Positions 37,499-46,298 of a stretch of DNA of 51,243 nt are shown here, one piece after another. This stretch comes from a virus. Its lineage: Duplodnaviria > Caudoviricetes. Every line of letters begins with the position of its first letter. The first letter of the stretch is position 1. The notes below the pieces were generated by a model. It was not told where the DNA came from, searched no databases, and saw nothing but the letters and a program-made list of their open reading frames with translations. Both the position numbers and the translations under genes were made by a program. Location: positions 1 to 51,243 of IMG/VR virus record IMGVR_UViG_3300030012_001662; one strand, given 5' to 3'.

Positions 37499-38125
37499 TT
37501 AAATACCTCCTTCGTATTCTGCTTGGTAATTACGTTGCATTTCTTGTTGAAACAATGCAATTGCTTCATCAAATTGTGCTTTATACAAGTTTACACTATC
37601 TGGTGCCTTTAGAAAAGCAGAACTTTCATATAAGCATGCTGACAATAAAACTTGCTCTGCATTATCTCCTATCCAACTGTTTGCATTTGTAGAAGATAAA
37701 CCTGTTTCAAGACCAATAAAATCTATTTCAAATGCCAATGTTGCTGATGGCACTGGTCCTATTAGAATTTTTATACCTGATGTTGTTGCCTTTTTTGTTG
37801 CATACATAAAAGGTTCGCCTTGTGTACTTGCGTTTGGCACATAATCTCTTAAATAACTATCAATTCTATGTTTTAAAAAAATAACATCACTATTGGCTTT
37901 TGTAACTGCAACTTGTCTAATCATTCTAGCATTTGTTACATCGTATTCTTTTTGACCTATGACAAAATTACCTGATTGTGTTTGTCTATAGCATGGCAAA
38001 TTAGGTAATCTTGCAAATATCATGCTTTCTGCTTGTTTGATTATTTCTGGTATAGAGGTTGCAAATTCAGTTCCATCATCTTCTATAAAATTTTTAATAT
38101 TTGTTTCTAATTGTGTAAAATTCAT
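37499..38125 (-). CDS. Head-tail adaptor / tail tubular protein
   Basis: I.QAE..I, G.P..YA, GPVP, LL.ACL.E motifs. Confidence 0.75.
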   Translation of the reverse strand: MNFTQLETNIKNFIEDDGTEFATSIPEIIKQAESMIFARLPNLPCYRQTQSGNFVIGQKEYDVTNARMIRQVAVTKANSDVIFLKHRIDSYLRDYVPNASTQGEPFMYATKKATTSGIKILIGPVPSATLAFEIDFIGLETGLSSTNANSWIGDNAEQVLLSACLYESSAFLKAPDSVNLYKAQFDEAIALFQQEMQRNYQAEYEGGI

Positions 38126-39319
38126 TTAATTACCCCATGTTCCACTACTCCAAGTACCTTCGCCCCAACCCGGATTAACCTTTGCTTCTTCTGTTCCTAC
38201 TGTTGTTGTACCTGCAACTCCAGTAACAGGAATAGCTGTTTCTATAAAGAATGTAGATGTTCCTATTGCTCCAGTACCTGTAAGACCTGTTACATTAAGA
38301 TTTCCCTGTACGACAATATTATTAAGTGTAGATGTTGCTGAAACACCAGATTGCGGATTTGGTCCTTGAAAAATATCAATTGTTGAACTTCCAACACCAC
38401 CTATTCCCTTAACTTCTGGGTCGCCACCCCATACTCCAGTACCAAATGCATTTTCTCCCCAACCATTTTCATTGGACTCAGGTATTTCAGATTCAGCAAC
38501 TTCTACACCTGCATTAGCAGTACCTGTTGCACTTGTTGGTGTTACAGTTAGATTAAGTGTTCCATCGCCTTCTTCGCCAAATGTACCTATTCCGCTTGTT
38601 CCTGATACACCAGTTACACCAATATCTGCATTATTATCTATTGTTCCAATGGTACCTGTTGCAGATATACCTGTTATGACACCTGTTTGTGTATCAAAAC
38701 TTTCATCTCCCGTGCCACCTGTTCCTACAACACCACCATTGTCTAATTCAAATATTCTATCATGGTTGATAGTTTCTGTTCCTATGGCAAATGTACTTCC
38801 AGTTCCAGTTATTTGAAAACCTGCGAAGGCATCATTTATCGTACCTGTACCAGCAACACCTGTTAGAGATACATCAGTTTGGTCTTCTGGTGTAACATTA
38901 TTTACTGAACCTGTTGCACTTACACCTGTTATAGCAAAACCCGGTGCAAAAGTACCAATTGCAGTTGTGCCTACAAGTCCTGTAACTGGCTCATCAAGAG
39001 AAATACCTACCTGACCAATTCTGCCAAATGCGTGTATATTGGTACCTTTTTGTGAGCGTTCTATTCTTGATGCAAATATATCATTAGTAAAACCAAATAA
39101 AATAGTTACATTTTCTGGGTCGTTATCTGGTCTTGGATTAAATAATGCAGTCGCATCTACAACATTTTTTGCAGGTGTTAATTGTGGGTGTTTAGGACTA
39201 TATTCTTCTGGTTCAACTCTAAGATTATCCCATGTAGTTTTTAACTGGGTATATTTTACCTCAAAACCAGATATATCGCTAATTGCTTTAGATTTTTTAC
39301 CTGATGCAAATCTTGCCAT
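38126..39319 (-). CDS. Virion protein: conserved N-terminal domain plus (V/I)TG.S.TG beta repeats
   Basis: ASGK...AISD.SGF and KHPQL.P motifs; WG motifs. Confidence 0.7.
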   Translation of the reverse strand: MARFASGKKSKAISDISGFEVKYTQLKTTWDNLRVEPEEYSPKHPQLTPAKNVVDATALFNPRPDNDPENVTILFGFTNDIFASRIERSQKGTNIHAFGRIGQVGISLDEPVTGLVGTTAIGTFAPGFAITGVSATGSVNNVTPEDQTDVSLTGVAGTGTINDAFAGFQITGTGSTFAIGTETINHDRIFELDNGGVVGTGGTGDESFDTQTGVITGISATGTIGTIDNNADIGVTGVSGTSGIGTFGEEGDGTLNLTVTPTSATGTANAGVEVAESEIPESNENGWGENAFGTGVWGGDPEVKGIGGVGSSTIDIFQGPNPQSGVSATSTLNNIVVQGNLNVTGLTGTGAIGTSTFFIETAIPVTGVAGTTTVGTEEAKVNPGWGEGTWSSGTWGN

Positions 39320-40017
39320 TATCTTAAATTCAATCCAGTTGGTTGTAATTTTAAAGAAACACCATCGTTATCATTAGAAGATGCATATTCAAATGCCTCA
39401 TTATAAATTTGTTTTAATAATGGGTATTTATCTGGTGCATATTTTACTGATAATTTACTTGCCAAACCTGCACAAATACATTCTGTCCATGTATATGGAA
39501 TATCCGTGTCTTGGTCTGATAATGTAATATCTTCTAATTGTGTCATTGCATAATAATTTAATCTATATGTACTTCTATCAGGCGTTTGCCATAAAAATAT
39601 TTTATAAATATTATTAGAACCTGCTTGTCTTTGTCTATCTAACATATATTGATTTGGTTTACCTGTATCTGTTTTATTAGGTATTTGATTATACTCAGAT
39701 ATTGTAATCCTATTTAAAATTGTATCTGTTCTTGTTGCATCGGCACTATCAAATATGACAACATCAAGAAAATCAAAAACACCTGCTGGTAAATCGTAAG
39801 AACTTGTACCTTCTACCAAATTTAATGTATTTGATGTTACTGTCCAATAATTTATACCTCTATTTGCCCATTCAGAAAATAATAAATTAAGACTTCTACG
39901 AGCAGATATGGCTTGGTCTCCAGTTCTTCTCTGTATATCAAGACCACACCTCTCGTATGCCTCTGTGATTATTTCTTCAACATTAGGTCTAAATGCTACT
40001 GTTCCAGAGGTTGCCAT
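39319..40017 (-). CDS. Head-to-tail connector protein
   Basis: MATSGT..F, EAYERCG, ARRSLNL..SEWANRG motifs. Confidence 0.8.
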   Translation of the reverse strand: MATSGTVAFRPNVEEIITEAYERCGLDIQRRTGDQAISARRSLNLLFSEWANRGINYWTVTSNTLNLVEGTSSYDLPAGVFDFLDVVIFDSADATRTDTILNRITISEYNQIPNKTDTGKPNQYMLDRQRQAGSNNIYKIFLWQTPDRSTYRLNYYAMTQLEDITLSDQDTDIPYTWTECICAGLASKLSVKYAPDKYPLLKQIYNEAFEYASSNDNDGVSLKLQPTGLNLR

Positions 40018-40758
40018 TTATTGCACCTTATAGTTTTTCTTTAATCTCATAACTATTTGGTAACTATCGTTTGCACCAGCACCAGTTGTTGTAAACAGAA
40101 TATCGCCAGTTGGGTTTACTAATGATGCAGTATTTCCCATAGCCTCTCCATGTGTTGTACAATAATAATACAAGTCAGGCGTGTCCGCAGTTGTTACAAT
40201 AGTTGTTTTCGCACCTGCCTGACCGGGAGTTCCAGTAGATGTTACTCCAGTTGTATAAGCAGAACCTCCCGCACCTTCTTTAAATGCTATTGGGTGTGTT
40301 GCATTTGATGCATCTGATTGGTCAAAAATATATGTATGGTTTTTTAATAAACTTATCGCTGGATTTGTAACACCACCCAAAGCAAATTTATTACCACCAC
40401 TACTAACAACAGTTACAGCATATGTACGAGTTGCCTCTGTCAATTCTGTTGTAGATGGCAAACCTCCAACTTCTGAAAAATCAAAACGACCGCTTTGGTC
40501 TTCTGTAAGATTTAGCATTATAGGGTCTTGCGAATCGCCATCTTTCATAACTTTCACAGTCATACCAGCAATATTAAAATCTGTTTCTAATATTTTAAGA
40601 CCAGTACAAGAGTCGCCATTAGAGTTTACAGTTAATGCCGAAGCATCTACCTTCTGAACAGCAGATTCATCTCCCGTATCAACATATTGATAGTTAAATT
40701 GATACACAACTTCTCTAACATTTTCAGAAAGTATCTTGGTTGAAACTATATCAGCCAT
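40018..40758 (-). CDS. Virion structural protein with inserted cupredoxin-like domain
   Basis: Core ESAV.KVDAS / GGLP / TGDILFTT interrupted by FDQSD.SN.THP...LYYYC..H...MG. Confidence 0.7.
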   Translation of the reverse strand: MADIVSTKILSENVREVVYQFNYQYVDTGDESAVQKVDASALTVNSNGDSCTGLKILETDFNIAGMTVKVMKDGDSQDPIMLNLTEDQSGRFDFSEVGGLPSTTELTEATRTYAVTVVSSGGNKFALGGVTNPAISLLKNHTYIFDQSDASNATHPIAFKEGAGGSAYTTGVTSTGTPGQAGAKTTIVTTADTPDLYYYCTTHGEAMGNTASLVNPTGDILFTTTGAGANDSYQIVMRLKKNYKVQ

Positions 40759-40770
40759 TTCTACCTCCTA

Positions 40771-41253
40771 TTAAGATGCATCAGAAGAGCTTGATATACC
40801 CATAAATTTTAATACAATTACAGTATCGCCACCGGGGTCTCCAGATACCACAAGTTCAGTTGCCTCTGCTGTTGCAGTAGATGCTGTTGTTGTACCACCT
40901 GACATTCCTAAAACACCATTACATGGGAAGAAACCTTTAAAACCTGTACTGTTAACTGCTACAGAAATACCATCTACAAATCCATCTGTATCTGAATCTG
41001 TTCCAATATCTTGCAAATTTACAGCATTTGCTGACGCAGTTGTTACTGCTATCATAACTGCCATCGGTATGAAATTGTTTGGTATACCTATTGATGATTC
41101 TTTACCAGTTGTATCACCATTGGCAACTGTTATTGTTGCGGTATAGGTTTCTAATGTCATTTGATTTGTTAAGGCACCAGAGTTTGCATCTTTCACAATA
41201 GTTTTAAAACCATTTTCAGAACGAACTGGTCCGTTGAATGTTGTATTAGCCAT
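40771..41253 (-). CDS. Head decoration / structural protein
   Basis: MANTTFNGPVRSENGF start; follows the capsid gene. Confidence 0.7.
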   Translation of the reverse strand: MANTTFNGPVRSENGFKTIVKDANSGALTNQMTLETYTATITVANGDTTGKESSIGIPNNFIPMAVMIAVTTASANAVNLQDIGTDSDTDGFVDGISVAVNSTGFKGFFPCNGVLGMSGGTTTASTATAEATELVVSGDPGGDTVIVLKFMGISSSSDAS

Positions 41254-41258
41254 GTAAA

Positions 41259-41300
41259 TTCTCCTTGTCTTGGCTAGTGTCTACTTTCGTAGTCAAGGTT
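41259..41300 (-). promoter_or_regulatory. Structured RNA element overlapping the RBS
   Basis: CCTTG/CAAGG stem covers AAGGAG; inner CTAC-GAAA-GTAG hairpin. Confidence 0.45.
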
Positions 41301-41331
41301 AATAAAAAGAGGGAGTCCCTAAACTCCCTCT
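41301..41331 (-). terminator. Rho-independent terminator after the capsid gene
   Basis: AGAGGGAGT/ACTCCCTCT stem followed by a T tract on the minus strand. Confidence 0.8.
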
Positions 41332-41343
41332 CATGCAGTGGAT

Positions 41344-42255
41344 TTATGCCGCACCTTCAGTTCCGAATAAGCCTCTCCAATCGGTAAAACCAAATGAATA
41401 TCTTTCACGGACTTTATAACGTACGTTACCTGTTTCAAATTCGCCTTCTACACCTCTTTTTAGTGGAGAACGTTGAAACATTTTTAGACCATCTGGTACA
41501 TCTGTTTTAATAAAAAATGCATCACTGTCTGTTAACCTTCTCATGATGTGAAAACCTTGAGGTAGGTATGAGCCAGAACGTAAAACATTTATATCATTAT
41601 CAGCAGTACCTACTCTTAATTCACTGTTCAATATTCTTTGAGCAGTAAAGGTATATGCAGTAGGGATAATTAGCATTTGTCCCTGTGCCGCAATTCTTAA
41701 ACCTTTATCGTCTTTCATATCTGCGATTTGTATTAAGAGTGATTCTAATGATGTTTCACTTAGGTCTGCCGCTGTTGCCAAAGTATTACTTTGATTGCCT
41801 GATTGGGTTGGGTGTGAAGTAGATAACAATGCCACACCATCACCACCAGCATGTACACCAGCAGTTGTTGAATTGTTTAAAATATTTGCCGCTTTTATTT
41901 CTTTAGTTGCAGACATACTTCTTGCTAATGCTTTTGTATATCTTGAAGCGATTGAACCATAAAGCCCATCTTCTTCTGCTTCTTCAGTTATTGAAAACGC
42001 CAATGCGATTGTTTCATGCTGATACCTTGCAGTAAAACCTTCTGATGCAGTGTCATAAGATACTGGAGCACCTTCGTTCTTTGTTGGTGCGTTACCAAAA
42101 CCTGTTAACAATACATCTTCTTCAAAAGCCTTGTTTGATGTATTAGCATCAAAGACCTTTGCGAATTCTGCAGGGTAACTGTCATATTCTAAGCCGAACA
42201 GGGTATTCAAACCCGGCTCAAGCATCTTTGCAAATTGTGCTCTATTCATAGCCAT
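41344..42255 (-). CDS. Major capsid protein
   Basis: LEPGLN.LFG.EY, ARY.HETIAL.F.ITEEA.ED, RERYSFG.DWR motifs. Confidence 0.93.
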   Translation of the reverse strand: MAMNRAQFAKMLEPGLNTLFGLEYDSYPAEFAKVFDANTSNKAFEEDVLLTGFGNAPTKNEGAPVSYDTASEGFTARYQHETIALAFSITEEAEEDGLYGSIASRYTKALARSMSATKEIKAANILNNSTTAGVHAGGDGVALLSTSHPTQSGNQSNTLATAADLSETSLESLLIQIADMKDDKGLRIAAQGQMLIIPTAYTFTAQRILNSELRVGTADNDINVLRSGSYLPQGFHIMRRLTDSDAFFIKTDVPDGLKMFQRSPLKRGVEGEFETGNVRYKVRERYSFGFTDWRGLFGTEGAA

Positions 42256-42267
42256 AGTTTAAATCTC

Positions 42268-42819
42268 CTATATACCAGCAGTTGCTTTGAGCAAGTGCTC
42301 GTTAATTAATACTTCAACCTGTGCAAACTCGGCAAAACTATTTGCTGGGTCATCATATAAACCAATAATTTTACATGTTGCAGTGCTGGTACCCATTGTA
42401 CCATTTAGGCTGAAAGCCGATTGACCTGTATTTGTAGAGCCAGTACCAGCAACAACATCTGCACAATTACCTACGTTGGTCTGTGCCGGTGTGCCTGCTG
42501 ATTGTACTCTGTAAACAATGTACGGGTCGTCATAAACATAAGCAATTATATCTGTTGCCACTGTTCCTGATGGGAAAAATTTAGAATATACATATTCGCC
42601 ATCACTTGCTGTGTAAGAAACACCTGCGAAAACACCTATATTATTTGTTTCTGTGGCTGTATGTGGTGTTATTTGACCATTTGCATCAAGGATACATAAA
42701 TCCCCAGTAAAAATGTTCTCAGCCAAACCAGAAGCTATTGTATATTTGTTAGCTCTAGGTGAACTTCCACTCATGTGACGAAGAGGTATAAATCCATATG
42801 GTGCATTTGCATTTGCCAT
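42268..42819 (-). CDS. Capsid decoration / cement protein
   Basis: MAN..APYG.P, IFTGD, GVFAG, V.DDP motifs; directly upstream of the capsid gene. Confidence 0.75.
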   Translation of the reverse strand: MANANAPYGFIPLRHMSGSSPRANKYTIASGLAENIFTGDLCILDANGQITPHTATETNNIGVFAGVSYTASDGEYVYSKFFPSGTVATDIIAYVYDDPYIVYRVQSAGTPAQTNVGNCADVVAGTGSTNTGQSAFSLNGTMGTSTATCKIIGLYDDPANSFAEFAQVEVLINEHLLKATAGI

Positions 42820-42844
42820 AATTTAAGTCCTTTTCAAATAAGTG

Positions 42845-43321
42845 TTAATCCTCCATGGCAGACACCTGCCTACCACGACTACTTGTAGACTTCCTATCTT
42901 GATAAATAGGTTGTCCAGTGCGCCGACCTAATGAATCTAATTCACCAGTAAGTGCCTCATTTTGTTGGTCTGACTTTTCATTGTAATATGCCTTCATCTG
43001 CTGATGTTGTTCTTTTGGCATTTCACAAAGTAGCATTCCCTCTATACCTATACAACCAACCCATTGTCCGTGGTTAATTGTAGGAAAATGTTGCTCTTTA
43101 ACTGTATCAGATTTCCTTGGTTCCCAACCTTCTCGTAGACGTTTGTATACGTTATCGGGAGTATCTTTACCCTGAATCGCGGTAGCTACCCATCGTTGAA
43201 CATACCCCGGTCGTGCTTCTGGGGCATCTAACAATGCTGGTGGTTTCCAATGTGTTTGAGGTCTTGCCTCTTCCTCTCGCATTGAAATCCTTAAATCACT
43301 TCTTTGGCTTTTACTAGACAT
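42845..43321 (-). CDS. Conserved head-module protein
   Basis: WKPP.LLDAP, RWV, RLREGWEP motifs. Confidence 0.75.
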   Translation of the reverse strand: MSSKSQRSDLRISMREEEARPQTHWKPPALLDAPEARPGYVQRWVATAIQGKDTPDNVYKRLREGWEPRKSDTVKEQHFPTINHGQWVGCIGIEGMLLCEMPKEQHQQMKAYYNEKSDQQNEALTGELDSLGRRTGQPIYQDRKSTSSRGRQVSAMED

Positions 43322-43322
43322 A

Positions 43323-44288
43323 TTATGTATCCTTCCTGCTTAAATTGGTTATTTCTTTAGCATACTTTTTAAGATGCTCAGGGTCCGTTATACCTAATTC
43401 TCTTGCCATTCGTAATTGCTCCGAAGTCATTCGTATTCGGTTACCTCTGTATGCCTGACCACCTGTAGTGGGTGCAACTGCTTGTCTACTTTGTCTAGGC
43501 TTACTTTCAGTTACCTCTTTTTTAGATATTAGCTCGGGAAAACTCTTTTGTAAACGATTATTTAATTCGTCATAATATGATGCATCATTTTTATCGTATC
43601 CCTCTATGTCAAGTTGAACATCAATTGCTCTTGCCATGGCAGTTTCTTTTTCGAAACCCTTTGCATTGAACCAATCGTTTTCTCTCCACCAACTCATTGC
43701 TTTCTCTGGTGCAGGATTTGTAGCCTGTTGTTGTGCTCTACCAACGTTTGGCGAGATTGTCTCGCTCTGTTGTCGTGTTGCCTTCGCTTGATTTTGCATT
43801 GCAATAGCAGTTTTTATATCTACCAATTCTTCATTAAATTTAACTTGTTGCTCAGTATCGCCTTCTTCTATGGCTTTTGCTAAGGCTTTTTTTGTTAAAT
43901 TATAATGTTCTGCAAGTTGATTTTGGCCTTGTGTTTCGTTGGCTTTTTCTATCTTTTCTAGCCTTTGTGTCAAACCAATAACAGTATTTTGCAAATTTTG
44001 TGCTTCTTCTTCTGCTTGTTTTTTATCTCGTAATATTTTTTTTATTCTTCTTTGCACTGCCGCACTCATTTCTTCGTCGGCAATTTCTGGTGTTTTTTTC
44101 TTATTTTCAGTTTTTATTGGTTGTGTCTTATCTGGAACTGCTGGTCTGTTCTCATTTGATAACGGTTGCGGTTCTTCAATTTCTATTTCTAGGTCTTGTT
44201 GTTTTAATTTGTTTTTTGCTTCATCTATGCTTTCGTTAATCTCAGCATTGACTTCTTCTAAAATTTTATCTTCTACAATATTTTCCAT
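43323..44288 (-). CDS. Scaffolding protein
   Basis: Acidic coiled coil, W...N.WF, C-terminal RMT..Q..MA..LG...YAK; GGAGG RBS before MENIV. Confidence 0.8.
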   Translation of the reverse strand: MENIVEDKILEEVNAEINESIDEAKNKLKQQDLEIEIEEPQPLSNENRPAVPDKTQPIKTENKKKTPEIADEEMSAAVQRRIKKILRDKKQAEEEAQNLQNTVIGLTQRLEKIEKANETQGQNQLAEHYNLTKKALAKAIEEGDTEQQVKFNEELVDIKTAIAMQNQAKATRQQSETISPNVGRAQQQATNPAPEKAMSWWRENDWFNAKGFEKETAMARAIDVQLDIEGYDKNDASYYDELNNRLQKSFPELISKKEVTESKPRQSRQAVAPTTGGQAYRGNRIRMTSEQLRMARELGITDPEHLKKYAKEITNLSRKDT

Positions 44289-44311
44289 GGTTGCGACCTC
44301 CAAGTTGCGCA

Positions 44312-44725
44312 TTAAATATAAGCGGTTATCTGTACTCCATCAGGCAAGATTGATGTAATCTCGTCATCATTTAGTAAAATAAACCGTACGTTGTTAACAA
44401 CAATCTTTTGACCAGCATATTTGCCAAATGTAACAAAATCGCCAACCTTTGGTGTTGTTTCTTGCCTCCATTTTGCACCTGTATCTCTGTCACGATATGC
44501 AAGTTCACCTATTGCCACAACATGACCATGTGCAGTTAGAATTTGCTGATTTTCTTTAGCTTTTTCAGGTAATATGATGCCGCTTTTGGTCTGTGTTGCG
44601 ATTTCTGCAGGTTGAATTAATATCTTCCAGTTTAAAGGTTTTGGAAGTTGATGTGATGCAATAGTAGCTTTAGATAAACTATCTGCATAAATTTTATCTC
44701 CGTGTTGATGAGTCACGTTATTCAT
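44312..44725 (-). CDS. groES: Co-chaperonin GroES
   Basis: TKSGIILP, VGDFV.FGKYAG, LNDDEI motifs; true start may be the GTG at 44716. Confidence 0.9.
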   Translation of the reverse strand: MNNVTHQHGDKIYADSLSKATIASHQLPKPLNWKILIQPAEIATQTKSGIILPEKAKENQQILTAHGHVVAIGELAYRDRDTGAKWRQETTPKVGDFVTFGKYAGQKIVVNNVRFILLNDDEITSILPDGVQITAYI

Positions 44726-44915
44726 CTCCTATATTTATTTGTTTTATTGTTTCGTCAATCAATTCACAAGAATCTTCAAGACCTTGAGCAATGCCGACAT
44801 TTTTTTGGTATGATTGAAAATCAGACATACGTCCATCAACCATTTGATTTGCTATTTCCGCTTTCTTCTTCTGTAGGTTCTTCTTTATTAGATTTAATAG
44901 GTCCATCGTGTTCAT
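44718..44915 (-). CDS. Conserved small head-module protein
   Basis: G...DF..Y...VG...GL pattern upstream of groES. Confidence 0.7.
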   Translation of the reverse strand: MNTMDLLNLIKKNLQKKKAEIANQMVDGRMSDFQSYQKNVGIAQGLEDSCELIDETIKQINIGDE

Positions 44916-44985
44916 TTATAGATGCCTCCCCAGACATTGAAACACCAGTAACCTCAATAGTTACATCTTTTTGTTCATTATCCAT
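44836..44985 (-). CDS. Hypothetical acidic peptide, 49 aa (MDNEQKDVTIEVTGVS...)
   Basis: Read manually; overlaps the next ORF. Confidence 0.4.
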   Translation of the reverse strand: MDNEQKDVTIEVTGVSMSGEASINEHDGPIKSNKEEPTEEESGNSKSNG

Positions 44986-44986
44986 A

Positions 44987-45121
44987 TTACTTGCCTTTTT
45001 TAGCTGTTTTAATCTTTTTAGCCTTTTTAGTTTTTTTCTTAGCCATTCCCTTTTTACCCTTTGAGTGGTACATATTGTCGCCTCCTTTTAAAAGTTTTGA
45101 AAATTGTGCTCTATTTAACAT
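44987..45121 (-). CDS. Basic peptide, 44 aa, whose N-terminus resembles the capsid N-terminus
   Basis: MLNRAQFSKLLKGGDNMYHSKGKKGMAKKK...; GGAG RBS; alternative start at 45073. Confidence 0.6.
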   Translation of the reverse strand: MLNRAQFSKLLKGGDNMYHSKGKKGMAKKKTKKAKKIKTAKKGK

Positions 45122-45206
45122 TGTTACTCCATAACAACACAATTAGTGTATCAGTTATATTTTAATATAGATAGTATTTTTAAAAAAAATTTACAAATAT
45201 TTTAAA

Positions 45207-45287
45207 AAAAGAACCTTTTTTGTGTTGACTGGTACTTAGTATTTGTTACTATAGAATCATAAATTATCAATTTCATGGGAGAAAACA
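45207..45287 (+). promoter_or_regulatory. Early promoter plus start motif
   Basis: TTGACT-N16-TACTAT; 23 nt identical to 45891-45913. Confidence 0.75.
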
Positions 45288-45560
45288 ATGATAAATTTTA
45301 CTACAAAACAAGAATATCAAGGTAACAATATTGATTTATTACAAGGTCTTGGCACTGAATTTTGTACATTCAGACAGGCAATCAACTTTTTCGGATTAAC
45401 TGGTAAAGAATTAAAAGGTGCTAAATCTTGTGCTAGATTGATGAAAATTGTTGATAAACAAGAAATGAAAAATGGTAAATTGGTAAAAGAAAAAAGACCA
45501 GTTTATTTCAACGTTTTTGAAAAGAACCATTTATTAGAAACTATTGAAAACAATAAATAA
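45288..45560 (+). CDS. Minimal ArdC-N (DUF1738)-like ssDNA-binding / antirestriction protein
   Basis: N.TT..EY.G.N..LL, FCTFRQA, KG.K, YFNVF motifs. Confidence 0.65.
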   Translation: MINFTTKQEYQGNNIDLLQGLGTEFCTFRQAINFFGLTGKELKGAKSCARLMKIVDKQEMKNGKLVKEKRPVYFNVFEKNHLLETIENNK

Positions 45561-45565
45561 CAACA

Positions 45566-45589
45566 GGGGGGATAATCCCCCCACTTTTT
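45566..45589 (+). terminator. Rho-independent terminator
   Basis: GGGGGGA-TAA-TCCCCCC followed by ACTTTTT. Confidence 0.7.
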
Positions 45590-45603
45590 CGGGAGAAAAC
45601 AAT

Positions 45604-45828
45604 ATGCTTAGAAGTTACAATATACTTGATAAATTAGATATTTTTTCTAATGAACAAATTATTCAATTTTATCATAACGCATACGAAACCCAATGTATGT
45701 CTTTAGGTCATCACAAAGGCCAACAAAATGAGAATGCAAAACTTGCATATGAAGCCGAACTCAAAAAGCGAGGTCTTAAAAATATACCTGATAAAAAAGG
45801 TATCTTTAATGGGGAGGGAACCTACTAA
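45604..45828 (+). CDS. Hypothetical early protein
   Basis: Start motif before MLRSY. Confidence 0.7.
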   Translation: MLRSYNILDKLDIFSNEQIIQFYHNAYETQCMSLGHHKGQQNENAKLAYEAELKKRGLKNIPDKKGIFNGEGTY

Positions 45829-45851
45829 TACCTACCTACATAACAAAGATT

Positions 45852-45880
45852 AGAGGGATTTATTTCCCTCTTTTTTTTAT
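45852..45880 (+). terminator. Rho-independent terminator
   Basis: AGAGGGA/TCCCTCT stem followed by poly-T. Confidence 0.8.
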
Positions 45881-45890
45881 TTAAATGTAT

Positions 45891-45970
45891 AAAAGAACCT
45901 TTTTTGTGTTGACATATACTGGCTATTTGGTACTATAGAATGGTAATAAAAATTTTCATGGGAGAAAACA
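45891..45970 (+). promoter_or_regulatory. Early promoter plus start motif
   Basis: TTGACA-N16-TACTAT; GGGAGAAAACA at 45960. Confidence 0.75.
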
Positions 45971-45972
45971 AA

Positions 45973-46287
45973 ATGCAAAAATATTTAATATTACAACCTA
46001 ATCATTCTGAAATTGATGATGGTACTGCTTACCAGATATCAAGGTCAAACGAAGAGGTAATAAAAGAGGCTTGGGATAATGGCAATTATAGAGAAGCAGG
46101 TTATCTTTTGGCAAAAAATCTAAATGATGCTTTTATGATTGGTAATGTACAACATGAGAAAGTAGAAAAGATTGATAAATTTTATTCTATATCTTGTGGT
46201 GATATAATAATTGATTGTGATTTCAAATCAGCACATTTAGTAGCACCTCTTGGTTTCAAATGTATAAGAATTAATTGCAACATATAG
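45973..46287 (+). CDS. YodL-like early protein
   Basis: L..AF..GN...YSISCGDII motif. Confidence 0.55.
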   Translation: MQKYLILQPNHSEIDDGTAYQISRSNEEVIKEAWDNGNYREAGYLLAKNLNDAFMIGNVQHEKVEKIDKFYSISCGDIIIDCDFKSAHLVAPLGFKCIRINCNI

Positions 46288-46298
46288 GGAGAAAACAA

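Noticed and set aside
44312-44725. GroES without GroEL as a novelty
   Set aside because: Common in marine phages as a capsid-folding co-chaperonin
17583-46297. CRISPR or mini-array formed by the repeated motifs
   Set aside because: The repeats are dispersed promoter and RBS elements with no regular repeat-spacer period; no cas genes
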